Program-made: the position numbers and the translations under genes | In this document: piece by piece, positions 52,871 to 64,000 of the stretch | Position numbering within the stretch: position 1 is the first letter of the stretch | How the letters are laid out: the number at the start of each line of letters is the position of its first letter | NCBI RefSeq assembly: GCF_001194135.2 | Contig: NC_068999.1 | Coordinates: 51,904,758-51,968,757, forward strand | DNA: 64,000 nucleotides | From: Octopus bimaculoides | Taxonomy: Eukaryota | Direction of reading: 5' to 3' | The notes under the pieces: generated by a model | What the model was told of the DNA's origin: nothing | Seen by the model: the letters and a program-made list of their open reading frames with translations, nothing else | Database searches by the model: none

Positions 52871-53708
52871 AAAATGAAAAATAATAATAAGGCAGAATGC
52901 TAAACTGGAAGCATATTTTAATAAAGATTTCTAACCGGCTTTCTTTGCATAGCAAATTTTCAAGAAGAGGGNNNNNNNNNNNNNNNNNNNNNNNNNNNNN
53001 NNNNNNNNNNNNNNNNNNNNNNNNNNNNNNNNNNNNNNNNNNNNNNNNNNNNNNNNNNNNNNNNNNNNNNNNNNNNNNNNNNNNNNNNNNNNNNNNNNNN
53101 NNNNNNNNNNNNNNNNNNNNNNNNNNNNNNNNNNNNNNNNNNNNNNNNNNNNNNNNNNNNNNNNNNNNNNNNNNNNNNNNNNNNNNNNNNNNNNNNNNNN
53201 NNNNNNNNNNNNNNNNNNNNNNNNNNNNNNNNNNNNNNNNNNNNNNNNNNNNNNNNNNNNNNNNNNNNNNNNNNNNNNNNNNNNNNNNNNNNNNNNNNNN
53301 NNNNNNNNNNNNNNNNNNNNNNNNNNNNNNNNNNNNNNNNNNNNNNNNNNNNNNNNAAAAAGGGTTAAAAGTTTGCGTTAAGCTGGAAGTGTGGTGTCAA
53401 AACAGGAAGTGTGTGTAAGGGGAGACAAATCTTTTTAGTTGGAGTTATGAAGATTTGTCTCCCCTTACACACACTTCCTGGTTTGACACCACTCTTCTTG
53501 CTTAACACAAACTTTTAACCATTTTTTAAAACCTAACACAACTCTCAATTCTCATGCATCCTTATTTTTCCAACCATTATATACATGGATTACCATTGAA
53601 CTTCAAAAGCTCAAAGACAATATAATGTATTGGTATAGTTATTTTTTTTATATATTATTTTCTTCATTTTGTACTTCTTTGTAAAAAACATTTTCATTCT
53701 CCCTCTTC
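52869..53708. mobile_element. Foldback element copy 2: left arm (with gap 52972-53356), 16-nt loop 53434-53449, right arm truncated at 53708
   Basis: 53357-53433 pairs with 53450-53526 at 71 of 77 positions; starts ta|ggaaaatg. Confidence 0.8.
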
Positions 53709-53717
53709 ACACACATA

Positions 53718-53905
53718 TATGAGGGGGTGCTGAAAAATTCCTGGGTTCAAGGGTAACACCAAAGGCCTGTTTGGCAACCCAGCCTGAGTTCTTTTACAGG
53801 GCTTGGAAAAACTCAAGGATCACTGCAATAAGTGTGTGAATCTGAGAGGGTAATATGTTGAATAAAATCATAATTAATTGATCCTCTTTTAAACACTCCT
53901 TTGTA
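53718..53905 (+). mobile_element. Mariner-derived MITE
   Basis: TA-flanked degenerate TIRs tatgagggggtgctgaaaa / ttttaaacactcctttgta; the interior reads FFYRAWK/GLEKLKDHCNKCVNLRG*YVE* like a mariner transposase C-terminus. Confidence 0.75.
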
Positions 53906-55320
53906 TATAGGGAGAGAGAGCAAGAGAGAAGGAGGGAACAGCCATATGTGCATAGCAGAAGTACAATTAATTATTTAAGAATTGAAATTGGTATTGTATT
54001 TTACCCTCCAGCTTCACCTACAGAATCTGACAACAAACATATCTTCCATGCCTTATCCCTTCTAAATGACAATGCTATTCAGCTTCATTAAACTCTCAAA
54101 ACTTGAAGAAATGGTTACAAAGTATTATTTACTTGTTGGTATTCAAAATTATTAAAGCTTTGAGTTTCAGTCTTACCATTGTTATCTCCTTCATCTATTA
54201 TTTACCTTCTGGCTTTACATCTCCAGACTAATAAATAGAAATGTTTCATTTTCAGAAGTCACTTTAATGCTATTCTCTAAGGGGGTTTTNNNNNNNNNNN
54301 NNNNNNNNNNNNNNNNNNNNNNNNNNNNNNNNNNNNNNNNNTCTAATTAACTACAGCTGGGTTTAAAGCTGATCTCTCTCGCTATAGGAAATCATATGTT
54401 ACAGTAACAGTCACCTCAGTTCAAAGGAGACTCGTCTTAACACACAGAACCAACAGACTAAAAGGGATAAAATGTTATTGATTTAATTCTGATAAATAAC
54501 GTCTACCAGATTAACCTATTTTGCTTTGATATTAAGTGTAAATCTAGTATTATTTTTACTTTGCCCTTTTTTAATCTAGGCTTCTTTCTATGCACATTAT
54601 ACAAGTTTTCCTTTCCTTCTACAGCCCATTTCCCCTTCTGTCTTTCATACATGCAGATGGATATGGATGATGCCCACTTAGTTTCTAATATAGCTCCATT
54701 TTTTTTTCCTTCACCTAAATTCTTAAAGTGTATTTTAATCCAGACAAAGAATTTTCATATTGTCTGTTTTGATAGTGAATATGTCATCTCTTAATAGTTG
54801 TGGCTGCAGAGTGATATTTGTAACCAGCTTACAACAAACACTCCTCATGTTTTCCAAATAAGTTGTTGTTTAATCTGTTTGTTTGGACAACCCAAGAGAA
54901 TCCTTAAAGAGTGTATATTATGATGTAAATCTCAAGAAATTTCAAGAATAATAAATGTTAGTTCATTCAGTCAACAGCCTTTCTTTCTCTCATGAATTGT
55001 TTGGGATAAAATATAATTTTCATTTATTTTCTTTTTAGAGCTCAATAAAAAATGAGTAAATTATTTTATTCAAAAGGAGGCTAATTTTGCATAATGGTTT
55101 AATATCTATATTTTCTTATCATATTCCATCTAGCAAGTGCTTTTTTTTTTATATATAGATAGATAGATAGATATTTGCTTGGACTATTGTTCCTAACAAA
55201 AACTGGATATCAATCTTCTTGCAATCAATGATATCATTAAAGAGAGAAAGAGATTTGGTAAGATTTGCTGGAAGATTAATTAAGAACTTATTAGTGACAC
55301 TGCTATGGATTGACCCAGCG

Positions 55321-55546
55321 TAACCCTTTCCTTACAGTTCTATTGAAATACACTGCCTTTATTTCAATCAATTTTGAAAATAATAAGAAGTTTATTAAAA
55401 TAACTATGACAGTATTAACCTAAGGTTTGGAACATAAATTAACATGAAATTTTGATGGAGGGTTTTAAGTTAGATCCCTTTAAAACAGGAAGTTTGTATC
55501 ATAAAACCAAGGGTGGTTTCAGGCAGACTGATATCTGAAGGGGTAA
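55321..55546. mobile_element. Degenerate piggyBac-like MITE related to P2
   Basis: taaccctttc...gaaggggtaa termini; internal taaaataact...aacataaatt shared with 10755-10968. Confidence 0.6.
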
Positions 55547-56777
55547 ATATAGATCAGCCATTCTGTAAAAACCTATATTGACAAGCTTTTATCTCATAGA
55601 GGTTGTTGCTTTTCTGACCTTCAAATGTTATGCAGGGTGGTGTAACCAAGTCAGGAAACTGAGGAGGTTCAGTCAGATGATGATGAGTAGTAACCTCTCT
55701 GTTAATTTATGCCTGTTTATTTATATATATATGTGTGTGTGTGTAAGACAAGGAGAGAAAGATACTCCTCAAATTTGCATGTTTCTCTTTAAATTCTAAA
55801 TATATATATTCTCCTTTCAGTCCTGTGTTAACCAATAATAAATTTAATAATTATTTTAAAGATAATATCTGCAATTTTTCTACATTTTACATCTAATTTC
55901 TTTGCTTGCTACCTCTATGGGAAATATGAAGAAGACATTTATGATTTTTTTGTTTATTTTTTTTTAAGAAAGTCTCTTGCAAACATTTTATCTTATTTTT
56001 ATTTATTTAAGCATCAATGATATTTAATTCCTCAGAGTGTTCAACATAGCACTTTCTCAAAATTTCCTAAAACACTGTCGGTAAATAAATGCTTTTATAA
56101 ACAAACAGTTGTCAGGTTGAGAGAAATTGCATGATGATAGTAGGATATCGAGCTCATTGAAAGCTCAAAGGTCACCTTTACTCTGCAATGCAAATCTTAA
56201 GAGTTTCACACTTGGTTTATGAATAATTCCACCTGATGAATTTGATAGATTGTATTTTCTCTGTCTCAGAGGCTTCAACTCTTATCAATATTTCCTCATC
56301 TGGCATAATTTTTTGAACTCTAACAAGCATATGTGACCGTGTGCATGCATAGAAAGTAAAATATCAAATCCGATACCAGCCTTCTCACATTCGGCATCAT
56401 TCAGCATGCTGGCTGTAATCTCTATTCAAGTCTTTTACCTCCCTGTAGATTACAGTGATCATGTAAGTATATGGATTCTAAGAAAGTGCAGATATGGTAT
56501 TGACTAGTTTCTTATTTACCTACACAAATATATTAATCAATGCAAGCATGCATGAAATATGGATATCCTTCTGAATTAAAAAATACATAATATGGGGAAA
56601 AAACGAAAAACAAAGTTGTGTGTGGTGGGGGCATGCATAATAATAGTTTGGGTGCCAAAACAACAAAATACACAATAGGCACAAGCATGGCTGTGTGGTA
56701 AGAAGCTTGCATCCAACCACATGATTCCAGGTTCAGTCCCACTATGTGGGACTGAACATTTGATATCCCTCAATCCC

Positions 56778-56778
56778 T

Positions 56779-56840
<62 letters not shown>
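56778..56840. repeat. (CT)n microsatellite after a family A SINE head (56680-56760)
   Basis: Read directly from the sequence. Confidence 0.9.
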
Positions 56841-56844
<4 letters not shown>

Positions 56845-57849
56845 CTCCTATCTCTCATTTCTCTCTTTCTGGTAATCTGAGTTTGCAACCCCTGGTATGG
56901 GAGCTATGAATGTCACAGTTCCTCTATTTCTTTATTAGTTGAGGTCAATAGGGATAAATCAGTTGTTGATTGATACTGTTGATTATGAAAAAGTCCATTC
57001 ATTGACTTTGTATTTGAATTGTGGAGTGAGACACTGAGTGAACAAGTTCAGTTTTGCTTCTTTTTACTCCAGAAATTTTCTTACTCTTTCCACATAAAGA
57101 TGCTTATTCTATTCATTTAATCCAGAAATACTTCAATTTTTGTCGTATCCTTGGAAACCAGTCCAATTTTCTATTGGTATGATTAGCTTTCAGCTGAATA
57201 AAGAACGAAATAAAAAAATGGAATAAACTTATAGCTTAAAAAAATTAAAAAATGAACTACGCCAACGTTTTCTTTTTCTAATAAATTTTAAATGATTCCA
57301 ATTTTTATTATACTCCTATTTGTTTATTTCATAGGAATTTATATTACAAGCAAACAACTTGTACTATTACACTGTGTTATCTGTTGGACTGGTTATTGTG
57401 GTTTTCATTTGTAAATATTTAAAGCAATATGAACAAAAGAAATAAAGTTTGATCATTAAGAAAATAATTGAAAATTAAGATTTTTCCTGAACAGGAAAAT
57501 AGGAAGCTATAGTTTTTATGGCTGTCCTAAAGATATTAGAGATGAAAATGAAACAAAAAGACTTTAACTGGCAGAGGACTGATGTATCAAATAATAGTAG
57601 TAATGGTAATTTTTTGAAGAAAGGTTTATTTTATTTTAGCGTAAGCATTGAAGGACCAGACAGATTGTGGCCATGAATGTTCTATTCGAGGCCCTCCCTT
57701 TATTCAGGATAAAAAAATTAATAAGTTAAAATATTGATTGGAAGGAAAGCCCACTTTCTCCTTATCACTTTAGATATTCTTGGCAGTCACCATGATAGAT
57801 CGCTGACCACAACATTAAAATTTTTTTTCTCCTTGTTTTTCTCCTTATT

Positions 57850-57886
57850 TCTTTCTGTTGAAGAGCGTAGCTTGAAACATTAAAGA
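57850..57886 (+). ncRNA. Degenerate minimal type I hammerhead-ribozyme fold within a Penelope-like remnant (about 57640-57977)
   Basis: Stem I TCTTT/AAAGA, core CTGTTGA, stem II GAGC-gta-GCTT, GAAA, then C-ATT. The core has an A-to-U change, so activity is doubtful. Confidence 0.45.
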
Positions 57887-57997
57887 CTTTCTCTATTCCT
57901 GAGTGTTAAACTAATACATCCTTTTGTTGTTTATACCACCTGTCCTCGTCTGTTGTTTTTTTTCATAAATTCTCCCATATATATATATATATATATA

Positions 57998-58148
57998 TAT
58001 AATCATAAATATATAGGGATTGACAGTAACCTGCTTCTCCAACATACTGAGAATTCAGAAATAGCAGTCAAAGAACTACTGCTATTTCTGAATTCTCAGT
58101 ATGTTGGAGAAGCAGGTTACTGTCAATCCCTATATATTTATGATTATA
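57998..58148. repeat. Perfect 71-bp inverted repeat with 9-nt loop
   Basis: 57998-58068 is the exact reverse complement of 58078-58148 (checked base by base); loop caaagaact. Confidence 0.97.
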
Positions 58149-58220
58149 AATTTTACCGAAAAAGGTTTTTTTCATACTGAGCTACCCGGCAGAATCGTTA
58201 ATTATTAATTTTATTACTAA

Positions 58221-58433
<213 letters not shown>

Positions 58434-58905
58434 TAAATAACCTTGACATTGATATTGCATTATTTGGAGGCTTTGCTGTCAACATATATAAATGGCATTG
58501 CTCTTAGACTGATGGAGGTGGATGGCGAGAAAAGAAACTCTTTCATTTGTTTTGTTTTTTTTCTGTCTCATGTTATTTGTAAATTTAATTTTTGGTAATT
58601 ACTTCAACAATATTACAATTATTTTGTTTCCAGGATCAATAAATCAATACTTTTTTTTTTTTTTTACCATTAAGAGCTGTGTAATTTATGACACAACAGT
58701 GATGTATGAATTAAGATAATTTTAGTTTTGAATCGATTGTTTATTTATTACATCCAGTCTTCATTTCAGTTTTAACACCTAATTGGCTTTTAAGAGATTG
58801 TTTTACTAATGAAAAAGGCATGAAAGTTTCACTAAAGAGTTTGGTTTTTGCATCATAGTACAGTTATTATAACCATTAAAAAAAATACACATATACTTTT
58901 ATTAA

Positions 58906-59100
<195 letters not shown>

Positions 59101-60389
59101 TAAAAGACATTTTGAAATTCTTCATTTATTTTTCTTAATTTACATCTTGTCATGATCTAGAATGTTTTGATTTATGCAAAGCTTAACATTATATTACAAA
59201 TACGATGCTAAACACAGTCGCCATTAATAAATTGTACTCTTCACGATTGTTGAGATTATATGTTGACTATCCTATATAATTTGAACTGATAACTGTGACT
59301 TGATCTAGTTTGGCAGGTGATTTTTCCTTCCCAATGAAATTCACTGATTGCATTCCAAACAAAGCCAGTTGTTAGTTCACTTGCTCTTAGCAGATTTGTC
59401 ATTTTCTGATGCTGTCTCTCGCAGACTGGAATATATTTCTATAGCACATATACATGGGATGTTCAGCTACTGTGGTTGAAATAATTGTGTTAGATCTCTT
59501 CAAATTAGATGCGGCTGCTCACAAATGAATATAAGTATTCAACTGTCAAAGTAGATTTAAAGATATTTGATCTTTTGAATCTCCTGACAAATATCGTATC
59601 TAATAGAACCAGACCACTTGATGCATTCAAAAGATTTCCTGTAAAGATGAATTAGAACATATGTACTGGATGTAACTTGTTGTTTTCTAGTTTGCTCCCA
59701 TTGGCACAATTTCATTTTCGTGTTGGTAATTTTTGTTTGTTTATCTATTTGTATTTTTATATTCCTAAACACACTTTATTTTAGACTAGGAAAAGATGCG
59801 ATAAGAAGAGAAAAATCAATATATATATATATACATATATATATANNNNNNNNNNNNNNNNNNNNNNNNNNNNNNNNNNNNNNNNNNNNNNNNNNNNNNN
59901 NNNNNNNNNNNNNNNNNNNNNNNNNNNNNNNNNNNNNNNNNNNNNNNNNNNNNNNNNNNNNNNNNNNNNNNNNNNNNNNNNNNNNNNNNNNNNNNNNNNN
60001 NNNNNNNNNNNNNNNNNNNNNNNNNNNNNNNNNNNNNNNNNNNNNNNNNNNNNNNNNNNNNNNNNNNNNNNNNNNNNNNNNNNNNATATATATATATATA
60101 TATATACAATAGGAGCAAGTGATACAGGTGATTTAAACTACAAGTACAGTTATTAGAAATTAAAAATAAAAGGCTTTATCTTTTGTGCAAAGTACAATAG
60201 AATAGCTGAAGAACTATCTATCTAACATATTTTGGCTCACTCTGTGATTACCTACATTTTAATGTGTTTGTCAGTTGCATCAGTAAAATATTATCTGTTT
60301 AAATAACTCCTTCAAAAATTGCAGTTTGCAAGTGTAAGCTACTCTAAAACTCCTGTGAAAGCTTATTAAAAAGCTATTGATTTTGCATA

Positions 60390-60790
60390 ATAATAATAAT
60401 AATAATCCTTTCTACTAAAGGCACAAAGCCTGAGATTTTGTGGGGAGAGAGCTAGTTAATTTCATTGACCCCAGTGCATAACTGGTACTTATTTTATTGA
60501 CCTTGAAACAGTGAAAAGCAAGGTTGACCTTGACAGCATTTGAACACAGAACATAAGACCACAAGAAATTCCACTAAGCAAAGGGGAGAGTGGAATGGCA
60601 GAATTGTTAGGGCATCAGACAAAATTGACTCATTATTACATTCTGACTTCAAATCCTGCTCTGGTCTACTTTGTCTTTCATCTTTCCAGGGTCTATAAAA
60701 TAAAGTACCAGTCAAGTACTGGATCAATGGTGTCAATAAAAACTCCACCTCACCTCTTAAAACAGCTAGCCTTGTGCCTAAGTTAGAAAT
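60390..60790. mobile_element. Head-to-head pair of family B SINEs (minus 60390-60580, plus 60583-60790)
   Basis: actggtacttattttattgacc on one side and ggtctataaaataaagtaccagt on the other; both end in cttgtgcct/ctttgtgcct. Confidence 0.75.
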
Positions 60791-61699
60791 GGATTTTGGC
60801 AATCCTTTTATTAATTCTGATATGCACACATCAGTCAAGCGGATAAGAAACGGAGTTTTCTTGTCATAGTGATTGAGTTTATGCCCTGCTCCAAATGTTG
60901 TCTCTCTAAATTTCACTTACCTAAAATTCACATGTATATTTGAAATTTCTAGCACTACTAGTATATATATATATATGTAATAAACTTAGATTAGTTTTCT
61001 TTTGAGGCAGGGGATCTCAGATAACTGAAGCTTGCAGAATTTCAAACAGTCATTTTTTTTTTTTTTCTATTAGACTACTTATTTCCATCTCAATAATTTA
61101 ACATTTTCTCAGAAATGGTACAAGAATTTGAATGAAAGATAACTTGATGGGTTAAGCTATATAGACGTTTACCACCTTATTATGTATTATTGTGTAAGAA
61201 AAGTGAAAGTTTCACAGATATTTCTGCTGTTGACTGCAGCATGTGGAGAGTAAATCTAAGATTGTGCAGAAAGGTTACATAAAATATAGAATTATCCTTA
61301 GGCTGTGGTAGCTAAAATATCATTTTTTTCTTCTTTCCATTTTTGACACAACTTGAAATAGCCTACCAAAGGATCTTAAAATGCATTTTTTGTGTAGCCT
61401 GATATAGATATGTGTGAACCATTGATGCATGTGTGTATGTATTTTCAAAATCTTATCTTGTACCATTTTGAATACAAACTTTATATAAATCTTATATTTT
61501 CAATATATTTGTTTTCTCCAACAGTATTTAGTTTTATCTGCAGGTGTTTTTAAAACTGAAAAAAAAAAATGATGTGCATTATTTAGTAAAAAAAAATTAG
61601 TAGTCTGTATCCTTGTCTATTTTTATTATTTTACATCCATTTTACTACTCTAGCTTCAGTTGAAAAGATCTGTAAATTTGCATATTTGTGTTCTTTTAT

Positions 61700-61890
61700 T
61701 CTTTTACTTATTTCAGTCAGTTGACTGTGGTCATGCTGGAGCACTGCTTTGAAGAGTTTTAGTCAAAAAAATCGACCACAGGATTTATTTTTAAGCCTAT
61801 TTCTATTGATTTCTCATGCCAAACTGCTAAGTTACACGGACGTAAACATACCAACACCAGTTGCCAAGCAGTATGGGGGCACAAACACAG

Positions 61891-61945
<55 letters not shown>

Positions 61946-62090
61946 GGGCTTCTTTCAGTTTCCATCTACCAAATCCCAAGACTGGTCGACCCAAGGTTAT
62001 AGTAAAAGACACTTGCCCATGGTGCCACGCAGTGGGACTGAACCCAAAACATGTGGTTGAGAAGCAGGCTTCTTTCCACACAGCCACAAT
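61700..62090 (-). mobile_element. Full-length family A SINE with central (AC)n 61893-61941
   Basis: cagtcagttgactgtggtcatgctggagcactg...ggcttctttcagtttccatctaccaaatcc...ggtgccacgcagtgggactgaaccc. Confidence 0.85.
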
Positions 62091-63424
62091 TGAATGCTTC
62101 TGTTTCCCTCTTTTTATATATTTACCTCTTGATCTATTGCTGTTATAAGAAAATGTGCAGAAACATGGTGGTAGTCTTTTGCCAGATCAGAATGTCATTC
62201 TATTAGTTTTTACTCATCTAAAGAACTGAGTTCACCATTAGAAACTAACTAAGAAGTACTCAGTTATCCATTATCTCTGCTGTTTATAGTAGTACTGAAC
62301 TAATCCCTACAGTATTTATCTACCTTTCCATCAACAGGTTATTAATAGTAAAGTATCTCTATTCTGAATAATCCTTGTCAAATTATATTCAGTAATGATT
62401 CTTCATCCAGAGGACAGTAACCCTTATAATTCAATCAATTATATCTCTGCTCCTAATTCTACAAATATTGATTCTACAAAATTTTCAGGACAAGTATTGT
62501 AGAGTTGGGTGCCTTGTATTTTCAGTTGAAGTTATGATTTTATTACTATTATTATTATAGCATTGCTTGCTGTTCTTTCCTCTAAATTCTTAAATTTCAT
62601 GTATTATATATAACACAATGATAAATGCTGTACTTTTATTATAAAATGACAGCAATGGTCTATTAGGTTGTTTTGAAGGATAGTATTCTTTATTATGGAA
62701 ATTATGTTAAGAAAAAAATTCTTGAAAATACTTCATCTATAAATAATAGTAATTTATCATGGGGAAAAATAACCTGCAGCATTCATTTTTTTTTTTTTTC
62801 TTCTACTCTCCTTTTGAAGATTGTTGCTTGAAACTTATATCTGAAAAATATCATAAATTTAAACAGTCTCTATCTTTGACTAAAATTAAGATTGCAAACC
62901 ATAAATTTCTAATCAATAATTCCAATAAATTTTTCAGATTAGGCAAAAGAATCACCACCTTTAACAAAGGTGAAGTGCAGAGGTGTAACCTTTTATTAAA
63001 AACCAACATTTCCCAATAACAATAGATTTCTTTTCTTTCTTCTACTCTATAAACAAACAGTACTCATTAGAATTATTTTTTTTACAGATTTTTAGATTCT
63101 AAATTTATAATAAATTTCCATGAGTGTTCTAGCATGACTATATATATTCCCCAAGAATAATTATCTGGGAAAGTATTTTCTTCTACTTTAGCTTTAATGA
63201 ATCAAAAATATTCAATTCAAAAGAGAAAAAAAATTGTAATTATTTCTGTCATAGTTGTGAAGAATAAGGTTATTTTAATGAGAAATAAAATAAGTTGTGA
63301 GATGGCTGCCTTTCTGAAAAGCATTATTAATGAATGTAAAACAGTCAAACTCTTCCACATACTGAAGTATGCATACTTGCATAGAATGCAAGTTCTATGT
63401 AATATTGGTTTCAAATTTTAATAT

Positions 63425-63620
63425 GAGGCCAGCAATTTCAGGGGAGGGGTAAGTCAATTACATTGACCCCAGTGCTCAAATAGTGCGTATTTTATTGACC
63501 CCCAAAAGGATGAAAGGCAAAGTCGACCTCAATGAAATTTGAACTCAGAATGTAAAGACAGATGAAACGCTGCTAAACAATCTGCCTGGTGTGCTAACAA
63601 TTCTGCCAGCTCTCCACTTT
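63425..63620 (-). mobile_element. Family B SINE
   Basis: attgaccccagtgctc...gatgaaaggcaaagtcgacctc...tttgaactcagaatgtaaagacagatgaaacgctgctaa...ttctgccagctctccac. Confidence 0.8.
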
Positions 63621-64000
63621 AGTTCTATGGAATATTAATTAGTGATAAATTGTTTTGCTGTCCCTAATTAATTACATTCTATATTTCCAATAACGGCCAA
63701 GTTCATGCAGAAAGTAATAATTAACTTACATTGTTTACTTTCTTACTGTTCCGGAGTTCAAATCCTTATTTAGCTTCTTAGTAATTATCAGTATTCATTT
63801 GGGTTGTAAAAATTAACAGAAACTGCAAAAAGAAAAAAACCACATTTTACAAAAGAATAAAATCAGATGCACAGTAGCTCAAATATTTTCTGCCTTCTGT
63901 AATGGAATGAGAATGGGTACACATAGAATATAGCCTAACTTGTTAATGTATTAACTTATATGTAATTATTACTGTTACAGCTGTAGTGTGAGGCTTTCCT

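Overview
AT-rich, microsatellite- and repeat-dense eukaryotic genomic DNA with seven N-gaps. The SINE, RTE and MITE families resemble those I recognise from octopus genomes (inference; species cannot be confirmed here). The only protein-coding gene supported is a Rab6-family small GTPase on the + strand. Four internal coding exons are visible (31556-31614, 44048-44101, 58320-58425, 58988-59099; 59/54/106/112 nt, canonical AG/GT, one continuous frame). They encode (V)[109 protein letters not shown](R). I could not find the first coding exon or the exons after DLSEKR, so almost the whole window is probably Rab6 intron. The introns hold tRNA-derived SINEs, decayed RTE/RTEX LINE pieces, Tc1/mariner relics, TTAA-flanked piggyBac-like MITEs and Penelope-like remnants. 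Best leads: (1) a zero-length-exon recursive splice site (branch point, pyrimidine tract, CAG|GTAAGT) at 11197/11198, followed by a 45-nt stop-containing cryptic RS-exon; (2) a perfect 71-bp hairpin 171 nt upstream of exon 4; (3) two copies of a long foldback element whose arms lie inverted around the frame-preserving 54-nt exon 3; (4) a minimal hammerhead-ribozyme fold at 57850-57886. Repeat boundaries are approximate and were read by eye; nothing was database-searched. Exon numbering follows human RAB6A as recalled.
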